From Nemertoderma westbladi (lineage: Eukaryota > Animalia > Xenacoelomorpha): DNA of 64,000 bases. Position 1 is the stretch's first letter; each line of letters begins with the position of its first letter. Below the pieces are notes generated by a model. It did no database searches. It saw only the letters and a list, made by a program, of their open reading frames with translations, and was not told the DNA's origin. Below, in pieces: positions 12,401 through 28,858 of the stretch. Where the stretch lies: positions 1-64,000 of the forward strand of contig JAUCBJ010002619.1 in NCBI GenBank assembly GCA_032718475.1. The letters are read 5' to 3'. Position numbers and translations under genes: made by a program.

Positions 12401-15400
12401 AAGATGCCGATATCTGCGACTTCCTTACAAATATACCGATATTTGAGACTTCCTTACAAAGATACCGATATCTGAGACTTCCTTACAAAGATACCGATAT
12501 CTGGTACTTCCTTACAAAGATACCGATATCTGGTACTTCCTTACAAAGATACCGATATCTGAGACTTCCTTACAAAGATGCCGATATTTGAGACTTCCCT
12601 ACAAAGATACCGATATCTGGTACTTCCTTACAAAGATACCGATATCTGGTACTTCCTTACAAAGATGCCGATATCTTAGAATTCCTTACAAAGATACCGA
12701 TATCTGAGACTTCCCTACAAAGATACCGATATCTGGTACTTCCTTACAGAGATACCGATATCAGGTACTTCCTTACAAAGATACCGATATCTGAGACTTC
12801 CTTAAAAAGATACCGATATCTGGTACTTCCTTACAAAGGTACCGATATCTGGTACTTCCTTACAAAGAGACCGATATCTGAGACTTCCTTAAAAAGATAC
12901 CGATATCTGGTACTTCCTTACAAAGATACCGATATCTGGTACTTCCTTACATAAATACGGATATCTGAGACTTACTTACAAAGATCCCGATATCTGGTAC
13001 TTCCTTACAAAGATACCGATATCCGAGACTTCCTTACAAAGATACCGATATCTGGTACTTCCTTACAAAGATACCGATATCTGAGACTTCCTTACAAAGA
13101 TACCGATATTTGAGACTTCCCTACAAAGATACTGATATCTGGTACTTCCTTACAAAGATACCGATATCTGGTACTTCCTTACAAAGATGCCGATATCTTA
13201 GAATTCCTTACAAAGATACCGATATCTGAGACTTCCTTAAAAAGATACCGATATCTGGTACTTCCTTACAAAGATACCGATATCTGGTACTTCCTTACAA
13301 GATACCGATATCTGAGACTTCCTTACAAAGATTCCGATATCTGGTACTTACTTACAAAGATTCCGATATCTGAGACTTCCTTACAAAGATTCCGATATCT
13401 GGTACTTCCTTACAAAGATACCGATATCTGAGACTTCCTTACAAACATACCGATATCTGAGACTTCCTTATTACAAAAATACCGATATCTGCGACTTCCT
13501 TACAAAGATACCGATGTCTGAGACTCCCTTACAAAGATTCCGATATCTGAGACTTCCTTATTACAAAGATACCGAATCTGAGAGTTCCTTACAAAGATAC
13601 CGATATCTGAGGCTTCCTTACAAAGATATCGATATCTGAGACTTCCTTACAAAGATACCAATATCTGAGACTTCCTCGCAAAGATATCGATATCTGAGAC
13701 TTCCTTACAAAGATACCGATATCCGAGACTTCCTTACAAAGATACCGATATCTGGTACTTCCTTACAAAGATACCGATATCTGAGACTTCCTTACAAAGA
13801 TACCGATATTTGAGACTTCCCTACAAAGATACCGATATCTGGTACTTCCTTACAAAGATACCGATATCTGATACTTCCTTACAAAGATGCCGATATCTTA
13901 GAATTCCTTACAAAGATACCGATATCTGAGACTTCCTTAAAAAGATACCGATATCTGGTACTTCCTTACAAAGATACCGATATCTGGTACTTCCTTACAA
14001 GATACCGATATCTGAGACTTCCTTACAAAGATTCCGATATCTGGTACTTACTTACAAAGATTCCGATATCTGAGACTTCCTTACAAAGATTCCGATATCT
14101 GGTACTTCCTTACAAAGATACCGATATCTGAGACTTCCTTACAAACATACCGATATCTGAGACTTCCTTATTACAAAAATACCGATATCTGCGACCTCCT
14201 TACAAAGATACCGATGTCTGAGACTCCCTTACAAAGATTCCGATATCTGAGACTTCCTTATTACAAAGATACCGAATCTGAGAGTTCCTTACAAAGATAC
14301 CGATATCTGAGGCTTCCTTACAAAGATATCGATATCTGAGACTTCCTTACAAAGATACCAATATCTGAGACTTCCTCGCAAAGATATCGATATCTGAGAC
14401 TTCCTTACAAAGATACCGATATCTGAGACTTCCTCACAAATATATCGATATCTGAGACTTCCTCACAAAGATATCGATATCTGAGACTTCCTTACAAAGA
14501 TACCGAAATCTGGTACTTCCTTACAAAGATACCGATATCTGGTACTTCCTTACAAAGATACCGATATCTGGTACTTCCTTACAAAGATAACGATATCTGA
14601 GACTTCCTTACAAAGATTCCGATATCTGGTACTTCCATACAAAGATACCGATATCTAGTACTTCCTTACAAAGATACCGATATCTGGTACTTCCTTACAA
14701 AGATAACGATATCTGAGACTTCCTTATTACAAAGATACCGAATCTGAGAGTTCCTTACAAAGATACCGATATCTGAGGCTTCCTTACAAAGATATCGATA
14801 TCTGAGACTTCCTTACAAAGATACCAATATCTGAGACTTCCTCGCAAAGATATCGATATCTGAGACTTCCTTACAAAGATTCCGATATCTGGTACTTCCA
14901 TACAAAGATACCGTTATCTAGTACTTCCTTACAAAGATACCGATATCTGGTACTTCCTTACAAAGATAACGATATCTGAGACTTCCTTACAAAGATTCCG
15001 ATATCTGGTACTTCCATACAAAGATACCGATATCTAGTACTTCCTTACAAAGATACCGATATCTGAGACTTCCTTATTACAAAGATACCGATATCTGAGA
15101 CTTCCTTACAAAGATACTGATATCTGGTACTTCCTTACAAAGATACCGATATCTGGTACTTCCTTACAAAGATAACGATATCTGAGACTTCCTTACAAAG
15201 ATTCCGATATCTGGTACTTCCATACAAAGATACCGATATCTAGTACTTCCTTACAAAGATACCGATATCTGAGGCTTCCTTACAAAGATACCGATATCTA
15301 GTACTTCCTTACAAAGATACCGATATCTGAGGCTTCCTTATAAAGATACCGATATCTGGTACTTCCTTACAAAGATACCGATATCTGAGGCTTCCTTACA

Positions 15401-18400
15401 AAGATACCGATATCTGGTACTTCCTTACAAAGATACCGATATATGGTATTTCCTTACAAAGATACCGATATCTGAGACTTCCTTACAAAGATACCGATAT
15501 ATGGTATTTCCTTACAAAGATACCGATATCGGAGACTTCCTTATTACAAAGATACCGATATCTGCGACCTCCTTACAAAGATGTCGATATCTGATACTTC
15601 CTTACAAAGATACCGATATCTGAGATTTCATTACAAAGATATCGATATCTGGTACTTCCTTACAAAGATACCGATAACTGAGACTTCCTTACAAAGATAC
15701 CGATATCTGAGACTTCCTTATTACAAAGATACCGATATCTGCGACTTCCTTACAAAGATACCGATAACTGAGACTTCCTTATTACAAAGATACCGATATC
15801 TGCGACTTCCTGACAAAGATATCGATATCTGAGAATTCCTTATTACAAAGATACCGATATCTGAGACTTCCTTACAAAGATATCGATATCTGGTACTTCC
15901 ATACAAAGATACCGATATCTGAGACTTCTTTACAAAGATACCGATATTGAGACTTCCTTATTACAAAGATAACGATATCTGAGACTTCCTTACAAAGATA
16001 TCGATATCTGGTACTTCCTTACAAAGATACCGATATCTGAGACTTCCTTATTACAAAGATACCGATATCTGCGACTTCCATACAATGATATCGATATCTG
16101 GGCATCCTTATTACAAAGATACCGATATCTGAGACTTCCTTACAAAGATATCGATATCTGGTACTTCCTTACAAAGATACCGATATTTGAGACTTATTTA
16201 CAAAGATACCGATATCTGAGACTTCCTTATTACAAAGATACCGATATCTGAGACTTCCTTACATAGATATCAATATCTGGTACTTCCTTACAAAGATACC
16301 GATATCTGAGACTTCCTTACAAAGATACCGATATCTGAGACTTCCTTATTACAAAGATAACGATATCTGAGACTTCCTCACAAAGATACCGCTATCTGAG
16401 GCTTCCCTACAAAGATACCGATATCTGAGACTTCCTTACAAAGCTACCGATTTCTGAGACTTCCTTACATATATATCGATATCTGAGACTTCCTTACAAA
16501 GATACCGATATATCATAGACTTCCTTACAAAGATATCGATATCTGAGACTTCCTCACAAAGATATCGATATCTGAGACTTCCTTACAAAGATACCGAAAT
16601 CTGGTACTTCCTTACAATTATACTGATATCTGAGACTTCCTTACAAAGATACCGATATCTGGTACTTCCTTACAAAGATACCGATATCTGAGACTTCCTT
16701 ACAAAGATACCGATATCTGGTACTTCCTTACAAAGATACCGATATCTGAGACTTCCTTACAAAGATACCGATATCTGAAACTTCCTTACAAAGATATCGA
16801 TATCTGGTACTTCCTTACAAAGATGCCGATATCTGAGACTTCCTTACAAAGATACCGATATCTGAAACTTCCTTACAAAGATATCGATATCTGGTACTTC
16901 CTTACAAAGATGCCGATATCTGAGACTTCCTTACAAAGATACCGATATCTGAGACTTCCTTATTATAAAGATGCCGATATCTGAGGCTTCCTTACAAAGA
17001 TACCGATATCTGAGACTTCCTTACAAAGATACCGATATCGGAGGCTTCCTTACAAAGATACCGATATCTGAGACTTCCTTACAAAGATACCGATATCTGG
17101 TACTTCCTTACAAAGATACCGATATCTGAGACTTCCTTACAAAGATACCGATATCTGAAACTTCCTTACAAAGATATCGATATCTGGTACTTCCTTACAA
17201 AGATGCCGATATCTGAGACTTCCTTACAAAGATACCGATATCTGAAACTTCCTTACAAAGATATCGATATCTGGTACTTCCTTACAAAGATGCCGATATC
17301 TGAGACTTCCTTACAAAGATACCGATATCTGAGACTTCCTTATTATAAAGATGCCGATATCTGAGGCTTCCTTACAAAGATACCGATATCTGAGACTTCC
17401 TTACAAAGATACCGATATCGGAGGCTTCCTTACAAATATACTGATATCTGAGACTTCCTTACAAAGGTACTGATATCTGGTACTTCCTTACAAAGATACC
17501 GATATCTGGTACTTCCTTACAAAGATACCGATATCTGGTACTTCCTTACAAAGATAACAATATCTGAGACTTCCTTACAAAAATTCCGATATCTGGTACT
17601 TCCTTACAAAGATACCGATATCTAGTACTTCCTTACAAAGATACCGATATCTGAGGCTTCCTTACAAAAATACCGATATATGGTACTTCCTTACAAAGAT
17701 ACCGATATCTGAGGCTTCCTTACAAAGATACCGATATCTGGTACTTCCTTACAAAGATACCGATATATGGTACTTCCTTACAAAGATACCGATATCTGAG
17801 ACTTCCTTACAAAGATACCGATATATGGTACTTCCTTACAAAGATACCGATATCTGAGACTTCCTTAAAAAGATACCGATATCTGGTACTTCCTTACAAA
17901 GATACCGATATCTGGTACTTCCTTACATAAATACGGATATCTGAGACTTACTTACAAAGATCCCGATATCTGGTACTTCCTTACAAAGATACCGATATCC
18001 GAGACTTCCTTACAAAGATACCGATATCTGGTACTTCCTTACAAAGATACCGATATCTGAGACTTCCTTACAAAGATACCGATATTTGAGACTTCCCTAC
18101 AAAGATACCGATATCTGGTACTTCCTTACAAAGATACCGATATCTGGTACTTCCTTACAAAGATGCCGATATCTTAGAATTCCTTACAAAGATACCGATA
18201 TCTGAGACTTCCCTACAAAGATACCGATATCTGGTACTTCCTTACAGAGATACCGATATCAGGTACTTCCTTACAAAGATACCGATATCTGAGACTTCCT
18301 TAAAAAGATACCGATATCTGGTACTTCCTTACAAAGGTACCGATATCTGGTACTTCCTTACAAAGATACCGATATCTGAGACTTCCTTAAAAAGATACCG

Positions 18401-21400
18401 ATATCTGGTACTTCCTTACAAAGATACCGATATCTGGTACTTCCTTACATAAATACGGATATCTGAGACTTACTTACAAAGATCCCGATATCTGGTACTT
18501 CCTTACAAAGATACCGATATCCGAGACTTCCTTACAAAGATACCGATATCTGGTACTTCCTTACAAAGATACCGATATCTGAGACTTCCTTACAAAGATA
18601 CCGATATTTGAGACTTCCCTACAAAGATACCGATATCTGGTACTTCCTTACAAAGATACCGATATCTGGTACTTCCTTACAAAGATGCGGATATCTTAGA
18701 ATTCCTTACAAAGATACCGATATCTGAGACTTCCTTAAAAAGATACCGATATCTGGTACTTCCTTACAAAGATACCGATATCTGGTACTTCCTTACAAGA
18801 TACCGATATCTGAGACTTCCTTACAAAGATTCCGATATCTGGTACTTACTTACAAAGATTCCGATATCTGAGACTTCCTTACAAAGATTCCGATATCTGG
18901 TACTTCCTTACAAAGATACCGATATCTGAGACTTCCTTACAAACATACCGATATCTGAGACTTCCTTATTACAAAAATACCGATATCTGCGACTTCCTTA
19001 CAAAGATACCGATGTCTGAGACTCCCTTACAAAGATTCCGATATCTGAGACTTCCTTATTACAAAGATACCGAATCTGAGAGTTCCTTACAAAGATACCG
19101 ATATCTGAGGCTTCCTTACAAAGATATCGATATCTGAGACTTCCTTACAAAGATACCAATATCTGAGACTTCCTCGCAAAGATATCGATATCTGAGACTT
19201 CCTTACAAAGATACCGATATCCGAGACTTCCTTACAAAGATACCGATATCTGGTACTTCCTTACAAAGATACCGATATCTGAGACTTCCTTACAAAGATA
19301 CCGATATTTGAGACTTCCCTACAAAGATACCGATATCTGGTACTTCCTTACAAAGATACCGATATCTGATACTTCCTTACAAAGATGCCGATATCTTAGA
19401 ATTCCTTACAAAGATACCGATATCTGAGACTTCCTTAAAAAGATACCGATATCTGGTACTTCCTTACAAAGATACCGATATCTGGTACTTCCTTACAAGA
19501 TACCGATATCTGAGACTTCCTTACAAAGATTCCGATATCTGGTACTTACTTACAAAGATTCCGATATCTGAGACTTCCTTACAAAGATTCCGATATCTGG
19601 TACTTCCTTACAAAGATACCGATATCTGAGACTTCCTTACAAACATACCGATATCTGAGACTTCCTTATTACAAAAATACCGATATCTGCGACCTCCTTA
19701 CAAAGATACCGATGTCTGAGACTCCCTTACAAAGATTCCGATATCTGAGACTTCCTTATTACAAAGATACCGAATCTGAGAGTTCCTTACAAAGATACCG
19801 ATATCTGAGGCTTCCTTACAAAGATATCGATATCTGAGACTTCCTTACAAAGATACCAATATCTGAGACTTCCTCGCAAAGATATCGATATCTGAGACTT
19901 CCTTACAAAGATACCGATATCTGAGACTTCCTCACAAATATATCGATATCTGAGACTTCCTCACAAAGATATCGATATCTGAGACTTCCTTACAAAGATA
20001 CCGAAATCTGGTACTTCCTTACAAAGATACCGATATCTGGTACTTCCTTACAAAGATACCGATATCTGGTACTTCCTTACAAAGATAACGATATCTGAGA
20101 CTTCCTTACAAAGATTCCGATATCTGGTACTTCCATACAAAGATACCGATATCTAGTACTTCCTTACAAAGATACCGATATCTGGTACTTCCTTACAAAG
20201 ATAACGATATCTGAGACTTCCTTATTACAAAGATACCGAATCTGAGAGTTCCTTACAAAGATACCGATATCTGAGGCTTCCTTACAAAGATATCGATATC
20301 TGAGACTTCCTTACAAAGATACCAATATCTGAGACTTCCTCGCAAAGATATCGATATCTGAGACTTCCTTACAAAGATTCCGATATCTGGTACTTCCATA
20401 CAAAGATACCGTTATCTAGTACTTCCTTACAAAGATACCGATATCTGGTACTTCCTTACAAAGATAACGATATCTGAGACTTCCTTACAAAGATTCCGAT
20501 ATCTGGTACTTCCATACAAAGATACCGATATCTAGTACTTCCTTACAAAGATACCGATATCTGAGACTTCCTTATTACAAAGATACCGATATCTGAGACT
20601 TCCTTACAAAGATACTGATATCTGGTACTTCCTTACAAAGATACCGATATCTGGTACTTCCTTACAAAGATAACGATATCTGAGACTTCCTTACAAAGAT
20701 TCCGATATCTGGTACTTCCATACAAAGATACCGATATCTAGTACTTCCTTACAAAGATACCGATATCTGAGGCTTCCTTACAAAGATACCGATATCTAGT
20801 ACTTCCTTACAAAGATACCGATATCTGAGGCTTCCTTACAAAGATACCGATATCTGGTACTTCCTTACAAAGATACCGATATCTGAGGCTTCCTTACAAA
20901 GATACCGATATCTGGTACTTCCTTACAAAGATACCGATATATGGTATTTCCTTACAAAGATACCGATATCTGAGACTTCCTTACAAAGATACCGATATAT
21001 GGTATTTCCTTACAAAGATACCGATATCGGAGACTTCCTTATTACAAAGATACCGATATCTGCGACCTCCTTACAAAGATGTCGATATCTGATACTTCCT
21101 TACAAAGATACCGATATCTGAGATTTCATTACAAAGATATCGATATCTGGTACTTCCTTACAAAGATACCGATAACTGAGACTTCCTTACAAAGATACCG
21201 ATATCTGAGACTTCCTTATTACAAAGATACCGATATCTGCGACTTCCTTACAAAGATACCGATAACTGAGACTTCCTTATTACAAAGATACCGATATCTG
21301 CGACTTCCTGACAAAGATATCGATATCTGAGAATTCCTTATTACAAAGATACCGATATCTGAGACTTCCTTACAAAGATATCGATATCTGGTACTTCCAT

Positions 21401-24400
21401 ACAAAGATACCGATATCTGAGACTTCTTTACAAAGATACCGATATTGAGACTTCCTTATTACAAAGATAACGATATCTGAGACTTCCTTACAAAGATATC
21501 GATATCTGGTACTTCCTTACAAAGATACCGATATCTGAGACTTCCTTATTACAAAGATACCGATATCTGCGACTTCCATACAATGATATCGATATCTGGG
21601 CATCCTTATTACAAAGATACCGATATCTGAGACTTCCTTACAAAGATATCGATATCTGGTACTTCCTTACAAAGATACCGATATTTGAGACTTATTTACA
21701 AAGATACCGATATCTGAGACTTCCTTATTACAAAGATACCGATATCTGAGACTTCCTTACATAGATATCAATATCTGGTACTTCCTTACAAAGATACCGA
21801 TATCTGAGACTTCCTTACAAAGATACCGATATCTGAGACTTCCTTATTACAAAGATAACGATATCTGAGACTTCCTCACAAAGATACCGCTATCTGAGGC
21901 TTCCCTACAAAGATACCGATATCTGAGACTTCCTTACAAAGCTACCGATTTCTGAGACTTCCTTACATATATATCGATATCTGAGACTTCCTTACAAAGA
22001 TACCGATATATCATAGACTTCCTTACAAAGATATCGATATCTGAGACTTCCTCACAAAGATATCGATATCTGAGACTTCCTTACAAAGATACCGAAATCT
22101 GGTACTTCCTTACAATTATACTGATATCTGAGACTTCCTTACAAAGGTACTGATATCTGGTACTTCCTTACAAAGATACCGATATCTGGTACTTCCTTAT
22201 TACAAAGATACCGATATCTGGTACTTCCTTATTACAAAGATACCGATATCTGAGACTTCCTTACATAGATATCAATATCTGGTACTTCCTTACAAAGATA
22301 CCGATATCTGAGACTTCCTTACAAAGATACCGATATCTGAGACTTCCTTATTACAAAGATAACGATATCTGAGACTTCCTCACAAAGAGCTTCCCTACAA
22401 AGATACCGATATCTGAGACTTCCTTACAAAGCTACCGATTTCTGAGACTTCCTTACATATATATCGATATCTGAGACTTCCTTACAAAGATACCGATATA
22501 TCATAGACTTCCTTACAAAGATATCGATATCTGAGACTTCCTCACAAAGATATCGATATCTGAGACTTCCTCACAAAGATATCGATATCTGAGACTTCCT
22601 TACAAAGATACCGAAATCTGGTACTTCCTTACAAATATACTGATATCTGAGACTTCCTTACAAAGGTACTGATATCTGGTACTTCCTTACAAAGATACCG
22701 ATATCTGGTACTTCCTTACAAAGATACCGATATCTGGTACTTCCTTACAAAGATAACAATATCTGAGACTTCCTTACAAAAATTCCGATATCTGGTACTT
22801 CCTTACAAAGATACCGATATCTAGTACTTCCTTACAAAGATACCGATATCTGAGGCTTCCTTACAAAAATACCGATATATGGTACTTCCTTACAAAGATA
22901 CCGATATCTGAGGCTTCCTTACAAAGATACCGATATCTGGTACTTCCTTACAAAGATACCGATATATGGTACTTCCTTACAAAGATACCGATATCTGAGA
23001 CTTCCTTACAAAGATACCGATATATGGTACTTCCTTACAAAGATACCGATATCGGAGACTTCCTTATTACAAAGATACCGATATCTGAGACTTCCTTACA
23101 AAGGTACTGATATCTGGTACTTCCTTACAAAGATACCGATATCTGGTACTTCCGTACAAAGATAACAATATCTGAGACTTCCTTACAAAGATTCCGATAT
23201 CTGGTACTTCCTTACAAAGATACCGATATCTAGTACTTCCTTACAAAGATACCGATATCTGAGGCTTCCTTACAAAAATACCGATATCTGGTACTTCCTT
23301 ACAAAGATACCGATATCTGAGGCTTCCTTACAAAGATACCGATATCTGGTACTTCCTTACAAAGATACCGATATATGGTACTTCCTTACAAAGATACCGA
23401 TATCTGAGACTTCCTTACAAAGATACCGATATATGGTACTTCCTTACAAAGATACCGATATCGGAGACTTCCTTATTACAAAGATACCGATATCTGCGAC
23501 TTCCTTACAAAGATATCGATATCTGATACTTCCTTACAATGATACCGATATCTGAGATTTCATTCCAAAGATATCGATATCTGGTACTTCCTTACAAAGA
23601 TACCGATAACTGAGACTTCCTTACAAAGATACCGATATCGGAGACTTCCTTATTACAAAGATACCGATATCTGCGACTTCCTTACAAAGATATCGATATC
23701 TGAGACTTCCTTATTACAAAGATACCGATATCTGAGACTTCCTTACAAAGATATCGTTATCTGGTACTTCCTTACAAAGATACCGATATCTGAGACTTCC
23801 TTACAAAGATACCAATATCTGAGACGTCCTTATTACAAAGATAACGATATCTGAGGCTTCCTTACAAAGATACCGATATCTGAGACTTCCTCCCAAAGAT
23901 ACCGATATCTGAGGCTTCCTTACCAAGATACCGATGTCTGAGACTTCCTTACAAAGATATCGATATCTGAGACTTCCTTACAAATATTCCGATATCTGAG
24001 GCTTCCCTACAAAGATACCGATATCTGAGACTTCCTTACAAAGATTCCGATATCTGAGACTTCCTTACAAAGATACCGATATCTGAGACTTCCTTATTAC
24101 AATGATACCGATATCTGAGACTTCCTTACAAAGATACCGATATCTGGTACGTCCTTACATAGATATCGATATCTGAGACTTCCTTACAAAGATTCCGATA
24201 TCTGGTACTTCCTTACAAAGATACCGATATCTGGTACTTCCTTACAAAGATACCGATATCTGGTACTTCCTTACAAAGATACCGCTATCTGAGGCTTCCC
24301 TACAAAGATACCGATATCTGAGACTTCCTTACAAAGATTCCGATATCTGAGACTTCCTTACAAAGATACCGATATCTGAGACTTCCTTATTACAATGATA

Positions 24401-26792
24401 CCGATATCGGAGACTTCCTTATTACAAAGATTCCGATATATGCGACTTTCTTACAAAGATATCGATATCAGAGGCTTCCTTACAAAGATACCGATATCTG
24501 AGACTTCCTTATTACAATGATACCGATATCGGAGACTTCCTTATTACAAAGATTCCGATATCTGCGACTTTCTTACAAAGATATCGATATCAGAGGCTTC
24601 CTTACAAAGATACCGATATCTGAGACTTCCTTATTACAAAGATACCGATATCTGGTACTTCCTTACAAAGATACCGATAACTGAGACTTCCTTACAAAGA
24701 TACCGATATCTGAGATTTCCTTATTACAAAGATACCGATATCTGCGACTTCCTTACAAAGATATCGATATATGAGACTTCCTTACAAAGATACCGATATC
24801 TGAGACTTCCTTACAAAGATATCGATATCTGGTACTTCCTTACAAAGATACCGATATCTGAGACTTCCTTACAAAGATACCGATATCTGAAACTTCCTTA
24901 CAAAGATATAGATATCTGGTACTTCCTTACAAAGATACCGATATCTGAGACTTCCTTACAAAGATACCGATATCTGAGACTTCCTTATTATAAAGATACC
25001 GATATCTGAGGCTTCCTTACAAAGATACCGATATCTGAGACTTCCTCACAAAGATACCGATATCTGAGGCTTCCTTACAAAGATACCGATATCTGAGACT
25101 TCCTTCCAAAGATACCGATATCTGAGACTTCCTTACAAAGATATCGATATCTGAGACTTCCTTACAAATATTCCGATATCTGAGTCCTTACAAAGATACC
25201 GATATCTGGTACTTCCTTACCAAGATTCCGTTATCTGGTACTTCCTTACAAAGATACCGATATCTGAGACTTCCTTACAAAGATTCCGATATCTGAGACT
25301 TCCTTACAAATATACCGATATCTGAGACTTCCTTATTACAATGATACCGATATATGAGACTTCCTTACAAAGATTCCGATATCTGGTACTTCCTTACAAA
25401 GATACCGATATCTGAAACTTCCTTACAAAGATACCTTTATATGAGACTTCCTCACTAAGATACCGATATCTGAGGCTTCCTTACAAAGATACCGATATCT
25501 GGTACTTCCTTACAAAGATATCGATATCTGTGACTTCCTTATTACAAAGATACCGATATCTGAGGCTTCCTTACAAAGATACCGATATCTGGTACTTCCT
25601 TACAAAGATATCGATATCTGAGACTTCCTTATTACAAAGATACCGATATCTGAGACTTCCTTACAAAGATTCCGATATCTGAGACTTCCTTACAAAGATA
25701 CCGATATCTGAGACTTCCTTATTACAATAATACCGATATCTGAGACTTCCTTACAAAGATACCGATATCTGAGACTTCCTTACAAAGATTCCGATATCTG
25801 GTACTTCCTTACAAAGATACCGATATCTGAGGCTTCCTTACAAAGATACCGATATCTGGTACTTCCTTACAAAGATACCGATATCTGAGACTTCCTCACA
25901 AAGATACCGATATCTGAGGCTTCCTTACAAAGATACCGATATCTGAGAATTCCCTACAAAGATACCGATATCTGGTACTTCCTTACAAAGATTCCGATAT
26001 CTGAGACTTCCTTCCAAAGATACCGATATCTGAGACTTTCTTATTACAAAGATACCGATATCTGAGACATCCTTATTACAAAGATACCGATATCTGAGAC
26101 TTCCTTACAAAGATACCGATATCTGGTACTTCCTTACAAAGATTCCGATATCTGGTACTTCCTTACAAAGATACCGATATCTGAGGCTTCTTTACAAAGA
26201 TACCGATATCTGAGACTTCCTCACAAAGATACCGATATCTGAGGCTTCCTTACAAGATACCGATATCTGAGACTTCCTTACAAAGATATCGATATCTGAG
26301 ACTTCCTTACAAAGATACCGATATCTGAGACTTCCTTATTACAATGATACCGATATCTGAGATTTCCTTACATTCCGATATCTGGTACTTCCTTACAAAG
26401 ATACCGATATCTGAGACTTCCTTACAAAGATACCATATCTGAGACTTCCCTACAAAGATTCCGATATCTGATACTTTCTTACAAAGATACCGATATCTGG
26501 TACTTCCTTACAAAGATACCGATATCTGAGACTTCCTTACAAAGATACCGATATCTGGTACTTCCTTACAAAGAAACCGATATATGAGACTTCCTTACAA
26601 AGATTCCGATATCTGAGACTTTCTTACAAATATACCGATATCTGGTACTCCTTTACAAAGATACCGATATCTGATACTTCCTTACAAAGATACCGATATC
26701 TGAGACTTCCTTCCAAAGATACCGATATCTGAGACTTCCTTACAAATGATACCGATATCTCATACTTCCTTACAAAGATACCGATATCTAAG
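6480..26792. repeat. 29-bp intronic satellite (GATACCGATATCTGAGACTTCCTTACAAA), ~700 copies, with higher-order repeats
   Basis: Directly visible, with GAG/GGT dimorphism and +TAT variants. Higher-order periods of 2655 bp (9547/12202) and 5498 bp (15581/21079) follow from recurring ORFs. Confidence 0.98.
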
Positions 26793-26820
26793 ACTAACTG
26801 TATCTACCAACTAAACTAAC

Positions 26821-27282
26821 CTTGAACTCGTTGTAAACTCCAATCTGTGATTCTTTATCCCGGTACCCCATGGAGAATAAAGTAATGACACCCGATCTGT
26901 TGAGAAACGATTTGCTTCCCCAGGTCTCCCTTATTATATTCCGTTTGTCAACGTCTGGTGGCGCTGATTTTACAATAACAACAGTCAATACGCGAGCAGG
27001 TCTATCAATAGACATGTGGAAACAAGCTAGTTTGTTTTCAATCAGATAAGATGGTTGAGATGAATTTAATTCGGGATTTAGCTGTAGGCGTTCATTAATA
27101 ATATGGCTCTCTTCTATTTTTCGCGTGGTCTTGTAATCGTAGAGTTTATCTTCGTTCATAGATTTCTGAACAAGGACTTTTACAACAACCGATCCCGGGA
27201 GAAGAACGCTTTGTATCATGATGCAGGTTAAACAGAAAATTACTCCAGTTGCGCACAACATACACAATCGTTGTAAACTCAT
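26821..27282 (-). CDS. GT31 beta-1,3-galactosyltransferase-like gene, coding exon 1
   Basis: ATG at 27282. N-terminal hydrophobic type II anchor (LCMLCATGVIFCLTCIMIQSVLL), a stem, then VVIVKSAP...KRNIIRETWG...TLFSMG, the GT31 motif I. Donor AAG|GTTAGT at 26820. Confidence 0.88.
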
Positions 27283-27882
27283 TATTGTAATGCGATAAAT
27301 AATCACTAGAAGTTCTATAAAACCGGTAATACCGGTGAATTGACTCTAGTTTCTATTAAAATTATTCTCATCCATGATAAATATTACAAATTTTCTTTTG
27401 TTTATAAATAAATTTTGCAAACCAATATAATGAAAAAATTGTTTTACCTTAAGCCACCTGACCTTAAGAAGAACACTTAAGAAATACACCCTAAAAATCA
27501 TTGAATAATTTATTTATATAAAACGACTTGTGGGTATCGGATTCAGATTCATTAATAAACCAATTTGAATGTTTCACAGAAGTTAAGTTATAAGTTAATC
27601 TAAGCGTAAGGAATAGGCAGCGGATGTGTTTCTTATACTAATGTATCAAGAGGATTTCTAAGTTACGGTCTATAGAATATTGAGGGGTGCCATGTTGGAT
27701 GTATGATTGTTTGGTAGCATCACTAACTAACTACTACAGTATGGTAGTTCTGGGAAGAATTTCATGGTTCGTTTATTCCGCTATAATAGTTACTTACTAA
27801 AATTTCCAACGTTTCAACTAAACAGTAGCCGTTATCAGGGATAATTAAACACAAAAGAAGTAAAGAATGCTGAATAATAAAT

Positions 27883-28112
27883 TAAGTATGAAATAAAGTA
27901 AGTATGAAATAAAGTAAGTATGAAATAAAGTAAGTATGAAATAAAGTAAGTATGAAATAAAGTAAGTATGAAATAAAGTATGTATGAATTAAAGTAAGTA
28001 TGAAATAAATAAAGTAAGTACGAAATAAAGTAAGTATGAAATAAAGTAAGTATGAAATAAAGTAAGTATGAAATAAATAAAGTAAGTACGAAATAAAGTA
28101 AGCATGAAATAA
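27883..28112. repeat. 16-bp minisatellite (AAGTATGAAATAAAGT)n, ~14 copies
   Basis: Directly visible tandem array upstream of the glycosyltransferase start. Confidence 0.92.
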
Positions 28113-28858
28113 CTATGTAGTTAGCATTGAGTCTTTTCCACCACCTACCACTACAGTTAGTATGCCTATGCATTTGGCACGTGACACTTTAAGCCGAAAA
28201 AAGCGGTCAAAACATTTTCTTATTTTTTTTAGTACTAATGAGAAAGGACAGAATTAAGAAAGGACAAATTAAAAAATAAAATGTGGTAAAATTTTCCAAA
28301 TCCGTCTCCCAGACTACAAATCGGAGACAAGTCTACGCTAGACAAGACTACAATAATTGTAGTTTTGTACAACTTCCAAGGAAGACTACATTGTAACCTT
28401 AGCTTGCTTATTTCCCACAAGATGATACCTAGGTATGTCACATGGCCATAAAAGACAAAAGATGAATGACACGAGCATTATCACGTTAATTTTATTATAA
28501 TTTATCATAAATCATTAATTAAGATTTATTATGATTTACAGATAAAACAAACAATTACCTCTAACGGAACCTTTACATAAATTATACGACATAATGAAAT
28601 TTGCTTTCAGTACTAGATCTTTCAATATCCATTAACAATAAAAGTACATTACGTCTACATTTATATAAAATTGATTAACAATGAAATTAAATTAATAATT
28701 TCGATATTAGGGAGACTACTGTATTATTGACAAGTTACTCATTTCATTGTAACTTGTCACGAAGATATGTATATACTTGTCCAACAATTTACAGTATCCC
28801 CGAAGTCAGAGTTACAAGACTACTAGATTTAGGGATAAATCACTCTATATTTGCCAAG

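Noticed and set aside
6874-21404. ORFs of the RYRYLRLPYKDTDI type
   Set aside because: Translations of the 29-bp satellite.
6480-26792. 29-bp satellite as a copy of the GT31 splice junction
   Set aside because: The unit does not match the exon end or donor (AAG|GTTAGT) and contains only a weak TTT|GTAAGG.
27883-28112. 16-bp repeat containing GTAAGT as a second splice-donor satellite
   Set aside because: No adjacent plus-strand exon could be identified, so a junction origin is unsupported.
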